Virus record (IMG/VR): IMGVR_UViG_3300012352_000117
Span: 8,620 to 72,619 of that record
DNA length: 64,000 nt
Reading direction: 5' to 3' (one strand)
From: a virus
Shown one piece after another: positions 17,984 through 25,290 of the stretch (position 1 is its first letter; each line of letters starts with the position of its first letter). The position numbers and the translations under genes are program-made. The notes below the pieces were generated by a model. The model was not told the origin of the DNA, searched no databases, and saw only the letters and a program-made list of their open reading frames with translations.

Positions 17984-19116
17984 GCGAAATTATTTTCTAT
18001 AATAGCTACGATATTTTTTGTAATCCCAAGAACGACAAGTTCATGCGTGAAATTCCAGGAGGATTGGCCTTCTCTACGTTTTTTAGAATGTTCACTCTTA
18101 ACGTATCTGCTCATGACCGAAGTGGAATAATCACAACACCTATTAAATCTGGTGTATTGGATCATTTGAGAATGCCGGTGTATGATCCAAACTTTTCTAT
18201 GGAGTATGCTCAAGTTGTAGATAATAGAGCACAGCAGCTTATGCAAGCTGCAAAATCTTCTAATAGAAAACTTGCTATAATGTATAGTGGCGGAATCGAT
18301 TCAACGGTTATACTGTGCTCTATTCTTAAAAATTTTAGCGATAAAGACATCAGAGAAAATGTAGTTGTCTTGTTGTCAGATTTCTCTATTAAAGAGAATG
18401 AAAATTTTTATTATAAGTACGTTTCTAAAAGATTTGAATGTGTATCTAGCTTTAGGTTTCCTTACTATGTTGGAAACGATAAGTATATCACCGTGACCGG
18501 AGAAAATGCAGATCAGTTGTTTGGCTCACAAGCAAATGATAACTTCGCTTTTATGTACAAGTATGAAGACCTTCATACATCTGTGGACGATAATGCTGAT
18601 AAAATCTTAACTATGTTTTCATCTAAGATGGATTCTGAAAGAGTTAAGTACGTAGAACCTATCTACAATCTTCTTAGAAAAACCACTAAAGCAGCTCCAA
18701 TTAAAATAGATACTATCTATGACTTCTTTTGGTGGGTGAATTTTGTTATTAAGTGGCAGTCTGTTTATGTTAGGATTCTTCCATTCTCTAACTACAAAGA
18801 CTCTATAAAGATAGAAGACAACTACACTACGTTCTTCCACACCGAAGAATTTCAGCAATGGTCTATGAATAACACTGACAAATTTACATCTCCAGAAATT
18901 GGTATCGGATCTGTTAAGTTAGCTTCTAAAAAGTACATCATAGACGTCAATGGTGATGCGTCTTATATGAATAAGCCAAAGATTGGTAGTTTAGCTAGAT
19001 TGGTTAAACAAAAAGAGATATGTAGTACACTAGATACTAATATGAAATTCAGATATGATCTTCCTACAGAAGACATGTTCAATTATGAGAATGATTTTGT
19101 GGAGATGATGAAATGA
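17980..19116 (+). CDS. asparagine-synthetase-like N-type ATP pyrophosphatase (no glutaminase domain)
   Basis: PP-loop IMYSGGIDS; TGENADQLFG resembles the AsnB GEGADELFG motif; C-terminal K..SK.YI. Confidence 0.7.
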   Translation: MSEIIFYNSYDIFCNPKNDKFMREIPGGLAFSTFFRMFTLNVSAHDRSGIITTPIKSGVLDHLRMPVYDPNFSMEYAQVVDNRAQQLMQAAKSSNRKLAIMYSGGIDSTVILCSILKNFSDKDIRENVVVLLSDFSIKENENFYYKYVSKRFECVSSFRFPYYVGNDKYITVTGENADQLFGSQANDNFAFMYKYEDLHTSVDDNADKILTMFSSKMDSERVKYVEPIYNLLRKTTKAAPIKIDTIYDFFWWVNFVIKWQSVYVRILPFSNYKDSIKIEDNYTTFFHTEEFQQWSMNNTDKFTSPEIGIGSVKLASKKYIIDVNGDASYMNKPKIGSLARLVKQKEICSTLDTNMKFRYDLPTEDMFNYENDFVEMMK

Positions 19117-19769
19117 TCATTGACAACACGATTGATATGTTGGATACGATGTATCCTTCTATCGCAGAAAAAGTCACACAGACTAAACATACTACAAGAG
19201 CTCTGTCTACCTCTTATGGCTATGTGACGTCAGGCGAAGTTGTATTTCCAAGTGGTGCTAAAGCCTTTGAAAAACAATACTTCAGTTTTTGGTCTAAAGA
19301 TGCTGCCAAGATTAAAGTGACTGGGACAACAGTGTTTTTCACTAGAGTTGGTTTCAAAGGACAGAACAATATTGGTGGTCCATTAGAAGAAAGTGGTCGT
19401 CTATGTTATATTGACGGTTGTAGCGATAGTCTTCTAATCTATCCTCCACGTATGGGTGATCCATCTTTGAACGCTCTATACTTTCCAGCTGGCATCAATC
19501 AGTCTTTCCACATTCATCCAAGTATTCGCTTTGGTGTTGTTGCAGAAGGTACTGGATTCTCTTGTGTACAGAATAGTTCTAGTGGAGAAGTTAAAGAGAT
19601 TCCATTGAATCCTGGAGACATGTTCTGTATTGAGGAACGCGAATTACATAGATTCAGAACTGATTCTTCTCATATGATTGTTGTTCCTTATCATCCAGAC
19701 GGTGACTGGGGTCCAACTGATCATAACCACACAATGTTAAATAGAACTTACATTAAAGGCAACACATGA
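19113..19769 (+). CDS. cupin-fold protein
   Basis: YIDGCSDSLLI.PP..GDP.LN.LYFP.GI.QSFHIHPS.R.G.V..G.G and a later ELHRFRT (metal-binding His). Confidence 0.7.
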   Translation: MIIDNTIDMLDTMYPSIAEKVTQTKHTTRALSTSYGYVTSGEVVFPSGAKAFEKQYFSFWSKDAAKIKVTGTTVFFTRVGFKGQNNIGGPLEESGRLCYIDGCSDSLLIYPPRMGDPSLNALYFPAGINQSFHIHPSIRFGVVAEGTGFSCVQNSSSGEVKEIPLNPGDMFCIEERELHRFRTDSSHMIVVPYHPDGDWGPTDHNHTMLNRTYIKGNT

Positions 19770-19933
19770 AGTTCAAGTTTATCCAAAGAGGTATGTACAC
19801 TGGACATACCTTTGAAATAGATCACTATCATCCGGCAGATCCTAGCAGAAACTTAGTCTGGCTAAAGTGTCTCGATGATGATAGCATACAGATCAATCGG
19901 TATGTAAAAATTACCGAACTGAAATTGTTGTAA
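19766..19933 (+). CDS. hypothetical protein (55 aa, below ORF-track cutoff)
   Basis: Manual translation MKFKFIQRGMYTGHTFEIDHYHPADPSRNLVWLKCLDDDSIQINRYVKITELKLL. Confidence 0.55.
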   Translation: MKFKFIQRGMYTGHTFEIDHYHPADPSRNLVWLKCLDDDSIQINRYVKITELKLL

Positions 19934-20216
19934 TCCCTTCAAAGCGAAGGACTTCTGGACGCGGGTTCGACTCCCGCCATCTCCACCAAAAGTGTATTAG
20001 TGAGGGTCTGTCCTTTTCAATAGAGATTCCTAAGGAATGCAGCTAATATATTTTTGATGGGGATGCCATGGTTTCGACAGGGGTAGATAGTAGAGACGGC
20101 AACACGGTAGGCGATGACCGTAAATCAAGCAAAACTAGTAAATGCAAACGATAACGCATTTTTGATGGCTGCATAAATCGGCTATCGGGGTAAGACATAC
20201 CTCGCAACAGAAACTC
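19934..20216 (+). ncRNA. ssrA: circularly permuted two-piece tmRNA
   Basis: The T-arm GCGGGTTCGACTCCCGC and CATCTCC-A-CCA (ends 19988) precede the 5' strand GGGGATG (20059), giving a 7-bp acceptor stem with G3:U70. Tag frame 20144-20176 encodes ANDNAFLMAA-stop. Outer boundaries are approximate. Confidence 0.92.
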
Positions 20217-20243
20217 AAAATAGGCTCTTCGGAGCCTATTTTT
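20217..20243 (+). terminator. intrinsic terminator with UUCG loop
   Basis: AAAATAGGCTC-TTCG-GAGCCTATTTTT. Confidence 0.9.
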
Positions 20244-20277
20244 ATGCCTAGAATTTGATGTTTTGAATATCAAATTC

Positions 20278-20285
20278 GATAAATA
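20278..20285 (+). promoter_or_regulatory. putative late promoter variant GATAAATA ahead of curli locus
   Basis: One mismatch to TATAAATA; intergenic, directly after the terminator and a 9-bp inverted repeat (20251-20277). Confidence 0.45.
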
Positions 20286-20346
20286 CAAAGAGTGGATATG
20301 CTTTATATCATGATCTAAAAGAAAAAACTTATAATAAAGAGAGATC

Positions 20347-20622
20347 ATGGAATTCTTCAAACTAGTCGCTGAACTAGGTTTTCCTATTGCCGCCGCAATG
20401 GCTGCAGGCTATTTCGTTTTCCTTACACTGAAATTTATCTTAGCTGGAGTAACAGGTTCTGTAAACTCTATGAAAGGTATTATCGGTGCATTGGACAAGC
20501 GCGTGGCCGCTATGAATCACGACGTCATCCGTATCGATACTAAGGTTTCTCATGCCCTTGGAATTCCTCCAGACTTGGATCGAATTGCCAGAGCTGAGCA
20601 ATCTGACGCGCGTAGAGACTAG
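20347..20622 (+). CDS. small single-TM/coiled-coil protein (GFPI motif)
   Basis: ELGFPIAAA, TM, then a heptad region; paralog at 20913. Confidence 0.65.
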   Translation: MEFFKLVAELGFPIAAAMAAGYFVFLTLKFILAGVTGSVNSMKGIIGALDKRVAAMNHDVIRIDTKVSHALGIPPDLDRIARAEQSDARRD

Positions 20623-20624
20623 AC

Positions 20625-20753
20625 ATGAACAGATCTAAACAAATCGCTAAAAACTTATATGAGTTTGAGTTAGATCTAGCACGAAGAAAGAAGACTGTAA
20701 AGTGGAAACTTTGGAATTTACTTTTTAGATTAAAGATGAAAGCGGGGTTATAA
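20625..20753 (+). CDS. hypothetical basic peptide (42 aa)
   Basis: Manual ORF; its stop overlaps the next ATG. Confidence 0.4.
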   Translation: MNRSKQIAKNLYEFELDLARRKKTVKWKLWNLLFRLKMKAGL

Positions 20754-20920
20754 TGCTATTTGTAGATTACGTTTTTGACGTACTAGAAAATGGTACGATT
20801 ATTATGGATAAAGAATTAAGCGCTAAATCAATTGGCGTTAAAAACGGTGACAAGTACATTGTTAATGTTACATTCGATGGTAGAATAATTTTTCAGAAAG
20901 TGAAAGAGCCAGATGAATGA
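20753..20920 (+). CDS. hypothetical protein, weak AbrB-like pattern (55 aa)
   Basis: MLFVDYVFDVLENGTIIMDKELSAKSIGVKNGDKYIVNVTFDGRIIFQKVKEPDE. Confidence 0.5.
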   Translation: MLFVDYVFDVLENGTIIMDKELSAKSIGVKNGDKYIVNVTFDGRIIFQKVKEPDE

Positions 20921-21245
20921 AATAGTTGAATTAGTTAACAAATATGGTTTCCCAATTGTAGCCGCGGGTGGAATGGGCTACTTCGTCTATTATGTTTGGA
21001 CGTGGGTAACTAACGAGATTAAGCCGGTAACCGGCGAAGCTAGTAAAACACTGGTCGATCTGATTGATCGAATTAGAATGCTGGATAATGATCTTATCCG
21101 TTTGAACCAGAAGGTGAATGTAATCTTGTCTTTAAGAGAACAAGGTCAGATAGATCTTTCAAACAAAAATGGATTAGACGATGTTAAAGCATCTCTCAAA
21201 AATATTCCTGGCGGCACTGCTAGTACACCCTTTAAGCAGCCTTAA
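20913..21245 (+). CDS. small single-TM/coiled-coil protein (GFPI motif)
   Basis: KYGFPIVAA, TM, LIDRIRMLDNDLIRL; paralog of 20347. Confidence 0.65.
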   Translation: MNEIVELVNKYGFPIVAAGGMGYFVYYVWTWVTNEIKPVTGEASKTLVDLIDRIRMLDNDLIRLNQKVNVILSLREQGQIDLSNKNGLDDVKASLKNIPGGTASTPFKQP

Positions 21246-21636
21246 CGCTGCAGAGTTAGTGCACCAATTTAATTCACCATCTTTCAATGGTGTTGGGTAT
21301 TCATCACACGTGTTGACTATTGAACAAATAGAAGCACAACGCAGACAAAAGTTAAAAGATGAAGCTCAATCAGCAGCGGATAAAGCTGAGCGTGACAAGA
21401 ACAATACCAATCTAGCTAAGTTTCTCAACAACTTAGAGTCTAGAATTTATGCCCAACTATCCAAACAACTGGCGGATGCAATGTTCGCTGAGGGTGGCGC
21501 TACCAGTGGTACTGTTGACTTTCAAGGAACACAAATAGTTTGGACAAACCTTGGAACTGAAGTTCAATTGACGATCACTAAAGCTGATGGTTCACTAACA
21601 ACTATCACTGTGCCAATCGGAACATTCGGATTCTAA
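21181..21636 (+). CDS. csgF: curli assembly protein CsgF-like
   Basis: Signal peptide, then ELVHQFNSPSFNG, resembling the CsgF N-terminal F.NP.F.G; F..NLESRIYAQLS; adjacent to csgG. Confidence 0.75.
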   Translation: MLKHLSKIFLAALLVHPLSSLNAAELVHQFNSPSFNGVGYSSHVLTIEQIEAQRRQKLKDEAQSAADKAERDKNNTNLAKFLNNLESRIYAQLSKQLADAMFAEGGATSGTVDFQGTQIVWTNLGTEVQLTITKADGSLTTITVPIGTFGF

Positions 21637-21637
21637 T

Positions 21638-22429
21638 ATGAAAAAACTACTAATAACACTGGCAATATTAGCATTAACAGGTTGCTCTAGTATCCGCATG
21701 GAGGTATCAGTAGAAGAGCCTGTTAAGTTAGAAGCAAGAAAAACACTGGTCGAAAGAATTCCAGAACTAGATGGACCTCCAATCACTATTGCAGTTTACG
21801 GATTCCAAGACAAAACTGGACAGAAGAAACCAAATGACAAACTTGCATTATTTTCTTCAGCAGTTACGCAGGGTTCCGAGGTCTTTTTGATCAAGGCACT
21901 GCAAGACAGTAATGGATGGTTCAAAGTAGTTGAACGTGTTGGTTTAGACAATCTTATAAAAGAACGTCAGTTGATTCGTAACCAACGAGAAGTATATGAA
22001 GGAAAAGAGGCAACTCCTCTAAAGCCAATGACAGTGGCAGGTGTCATGATCGAGGGTGGCATCATCGGTTATGATTCTAACATTCGTTCTGGTGGTAACG
22101 GTGCTCGTTTCCTTGGTATAGGTGGTAGTGAGCAGTACCGTGTTGATGAAGTTATTATCTCCATGAGAATAGTGAGTGTGAACTCTGGAGAAGTTTTACT
22201 AACAAGTGCTGTTAGTAAGACCATTTATAGTACTGCACACAATGTAGGAGTGTTGAGATTTATCGACGCTGGAACCAAGTCGTTAGAACTTGAAAGTGGT
22301 CAAGCATTGAATGAACCTACAACATACGCTGTTCGCGTAGCAATCGAACAGGCTGTCTATGAAATGATCATAGACGGCGAGCGAAAAGGATTATGGAAAT
22401 TCAAAACTAAAATAAATCCAAAGGATTAA
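21638..22429 (+). CDS. csgG: curli secretion pore lipoprotein CsgG
   Basis: Lipobox LTGC; AVY.F.DKTGQ.KP, FSSAVTQG, WF.VVER.GLDNL..ERQLIR, IEGGIIGYDSN..SGG.GARFLGIG.S.QYR.D. Confidence 0.93.
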   Translation: MKKLLITLAILALTGCSSIRMEVSVEEPVKLEARKTLVERIPELDGPPITIAVYGFQDKTGQKKPNDKLALFSSAVTQGSEVFLIKALQDSNGWFKVVERVGLDNLIKERQLIRNQREVYEGKEATPLKPMTVAGVMIEGGIIGYDSNIRSGGNGARFLGIGGSEQYRVDEVIISMRIVSVNSGEVLLTSAVSKTIYSTAHNVGVLRFIDAGTKSLELESGQALNEPTTYAVRVAIEQAVYEMIIDGERKGLWKFKTKINPKD

Positions 22430-22434
22430 AAGAA

Positions 22435-23031
22435 ATGAAAAAACTAAGAGCAAGCGCACTTATTATGGCATTGCTTGGCGTGACTTCCGTTTATGCAAAT
22501 GATGTGTATGTAGAACAAGTTGGATCTAGTTCTACAATTACACTTACTCAACAAGGCACTGGAAATAATATCGGTGACAACGTTGATAGTATCTATATTG
22601 GTTCAGGATCAAATACTATTAGTGTCTCGCAAATTGGAGATAGTAACTCATTAGCTATGGTAGTTAATGGATCAGCTACAGATGTATTGGTTACAGTAAA
22701 CGGTAGCAACAACACCAAAGTAATTAACTGCGGAACAACATCTGCATCAGGATGTTCTGGTTCAGACATCAAACAAATCTTAACAGGTGATAGTAACAAT
22801 ATTACTCAAAACCTTGGTGCTGGCGCAAACCACACAAGCTGGATTACTGTTACAGGTGACACAAACACTTTTACTCACACTAGCGCTTCTACTGGTACTA
22901 CTGTGATGAAAGCTGAATTAACTGGTAACCTAAACACAGTGAACGTTACTCAATCTGGAATGACTGCGCAGAATGTTATCCTTAACTCGACTGGTAATCT
23001 TAACACTATTACTATCAATCAGTCAAACTAA
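22435..23031 (+). CDS. curlin-repeat protein (CsgA/CsgB-like)
   Basis: Signal peptide; NDVYVEQVG and repeated x-Q-x-G-x-x-N units; rich in N/G/S/T. Confidence 0.7.
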   Translation: MKKLRASALIMALLGVTSVYANDVYVEQVGSSSTITLTQQGTGNNIGDNVDSIYIGSGSNTISVSQIGDSNSLAMVVNGSATDVLVTVNGSNNTKVINCGTTSASGCSGSDIKQILTGDSNNITQNLGAGANHTSWITVTGDTNTFTHTSASTGTTVMKAELTGNLNTVNVTQSGMTAQNVILNSTGNLNTITINQSN

Positions 23032-24055
23032 CTTTGCAGCAGTAGGTAAAGTTACTGAACAAACTGGTCCGACAGAAATAGTACGTAACAAGAACTCTAC
23101 GCCATCCAAAATTGGATCTGGCGTAGAGATGAATGATACTATCATTACTGCAAAAGCAAAAGCCAAATTAACTTTTCAAGACGATACAACAGTCAATATC
23201 ACTGAGCAGAGCAAGCTAGTGGTAGATGACTTTGTGTATGACTCAAAGAAAGGTACAGGCAAACTCGCTATGAAAGTCGTAATGGGTACTGCTCGTTACG
23301 CCAGTGGTCAAATCGCAAAAACAAATCCACAGCAAGTCGCAATCAATACCCCTACTGCTACAGTTGCAGTCAGGGGTACTGACTTTTCCATGACAGTCGA
23401 CGAGTTGGGCAGAAGTCTCGTCATGTTACTTCCATCGTGTGATAAAGATAAACGCAAGTGTGTCACTGGTGCCATCACAGTTAAAAATGATGCTGGTGAA
23501 GTGTTTATGGACCAACCATATCAAGCAACGTTGGTATCATCACTAACAACTCCACCAACATCACCTATCGTTATAGCTATAGATCAAGCGAACATCAATA
23601 ACCTGTTGATTATTTCGCCACCTAAAGAAATCAAAGAAAAAGAGTTCCAAGAATCGAAGAGCATTCTTGATAAGAATGATCTGAATGTAGACTTACTAAA
23701 GTATAGTGCATTAGACGAGAATCAGCTAGAGAACTATAAAGAACTTGATATAAACAAGTTAGACATAAATTTCTTGTACAACTTTTTAGATGCTGATGCA
23801 GCTGCTCTAAAGCAAGACTTCTTATCGGCAGAGGCAAGATTACTGCCAAACTTCAATCCTTCTGTTGGCGCAACATACTTCTTTAACGATGACCAGTCCT
23901 TGATCAATGTATGTCGTCAAACACCTAATCATCTTGCGTGTGTAAGAAACCCAGTGGATGAAAACAAAACAATTACATACAACCAAGATGGCACTACGTA
24001 TCTTCAATTGATAAACAAAGGTGGTGATACAACAATCACTATTGTGCAACGATGA
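22973..24055 (+). CDS. FecR-domain exported protein
   Basis: Signal peptide; D.I.T..A...L.F.D.T.V.ITEQS.L..D; GTARYASG; I.TPTAT.AVRGTDF. Confidence 0.8.
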   Translation: MLSLTRLVILTLLLSISQTNFAAVGKVTEQTGPTEIVRNKNSTPSKIGSGVEMNDTIITAKAKAKLTFQDDTTVNITEQSKLVVDDFVYDSKKGTGKLAMKVVMGTARYASGQIAKTNPQQVAINTPTATVAVRGTDFSMTVDELGRSLVMLLPSCDKDKRKCVTGAITVKNDAGEVFMDQPYQATLVSSLTTPPTSPIVIAIDQANINNLLIISPPKEIKEKEFQESKSILDKNDLNVDLLKYSALDENQLENYKELDINKLDINFLYNFLDADAAALKQDFLSAEARLLPNFNPSVGATYFFNDDQSLINVCRQTPNHLACVRNPVDENKTITYNQDGTTYLQLINKGGDTTITIVQR

Positions 24056-25290
24056 AGAAGTTTCTTGTTTTATTTTTAATAGCGTTTTCTGCGTATGCTG
24101 ATAACATATCATTGTACAGTTCTAATCTGAACATCATAGGTGTTACACCAACCAGTTACAACAGTCCATACAATGAGGGTGCTTCAAACGCATTCGATGG
24201 AAACCCATACACAAAATACTTGAACTTTGATAAAACGAATGCCGGTGTCACCGTTGAGTTGAATCAAGGTAGAGTCGTGAACTCATTCACAATCACCACA
24301 GCAAACGATTTTAGTGGTCGCGATCCAACAAGCTATAAGCTATACGGAAGTAACAGTGGAAGTAGCTGGACTCTTATTCAACAAGGTTCTCTGACTCTAT
24401 CAGATAGTAGATACAACACATCAACGCCTATCAACGTCAACAACTCTGCTGCATACGTTTACTACTTTATGGTATTCCCTACCACTAAAGCTGGACAGGG
24501 TTGTGGTCTTAACTGCGATAGTATGCAGATTGGTGAACTAACTTATCAGTACAATCCACTAAACACTACCACTAGCACTAAGCAAACAGGCGGCACTATC
24601 GCCAACCCAGGAACTGCTGGAGCGACTGAATCTGCACCCCCTCCACCTGCTCCATCTTACTCTGCGGCCATCACAGCAGAACAACAAGCTAAAGTGAATG
24701 CAGCAAGAGCAAGACAAGTATACGCAAACGACATATACATTGATCAGATAGGTTCGATGAATAACATCACCACATCGCAAAGTGGCAACTATAATCTAGC
24801 TGATATAATTGTGCGCGGCGATGGTAATAACATTGTTCTTGATCAGATAGGTATTAAACAATATGCAAAAATATCAACGACTGGTGACTATAACAATGCA
24901 ACAGTCTATCAATCAAATACTGGTATAAACCCTTCTGGCAATTTTACTGAAACAGTCATAGTTGGTAGTAACAATACATTTAATCTTACTCAGACAGGCA
25001 CAGGTGAAAAACTTAACTTCACAAGCATCAGTGGTAATAGTAATAATCTGCTAAACAACCAACTAGGGTCAGGTAATAAATACTCTGACGTCAAGATGAC
25101 TGGTAACGGAAACGTAGTTAGTCTTGACCAAAAAGATGGTGGCGCGCATGCTGCTAGAATTGACGTTACCAACTCTGGTGGAGCTAACAATATTACAGTT
25201 CTTCAGCAAGGTAATACTAATCAAACATATTCCATTCAGCAAAGTTGTATGACTGTTGGTGGGTGTTCAGTGAGTATAACACAACAATGA
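24052..25290 (+). CDS. discoidin (F5/8 type C)-like domain fused to curlin repeats
   Basis: Signal peptide; NAFDGNP.TKY...FTITTAND...RDP.SY.LYGSN..W; Pro linker; C-terminal IDQIGSMNN...QSGNYN...DQIG...QLGSGN repeats. Confidence 0.7.
   Translation: MKKFLVLFLIAFSAYADNISLYSSNLNIIGVTPTSYNSPYNEGASNAFDGNPYTKYLNFDKTNAGVTVELNQGRVVNSFTITTANDFSGRDPTSYKLYGSNSGSSWTLIQQGSLTLSDSRYNTSTPINVNNSAAYVYYFMVFPTTKAGQGCGLNCDSMQIGELTYQYNPLNTTTSTKQTGGTIANPGTAGATESAPPPPAPSYSAAITAEQQAKVNAARARQVYANDIYIDQIGSMNNITTSQSGNYNLADIIVRGDGNNIVLDQIGIKQYAKISTTGDYNNATVYQSNTGINPSGNFTETVIVGSNNTFNLTQTGTGEKLNFTSISGNSNNLLNNQLGSGNKYSDVKMTGNGNVVSLDQKDGGAHAARIDVTNSGGANNITVLQQGNTNQTYSIQQSCMTVGGCSVSITQQ

Noticed and set aside
19955-19988. Apparent tRNA (T-arm plus CCA)
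   Set aside because: No D or anticodon arm upstream; the matching 5' acceptor strand and tag frame lie downstream, so it is the acceptor piece of the tmRNA.
20309-20349. 8-bp inverted repeat CATGATCT/AGATCATG covering the start of the 20347 gene
   Set aside because: Short, with a 25-nt loop, and both arms lie downstream of the candidate late promoter, so it does not fit the gene e mechanism; may be chance.
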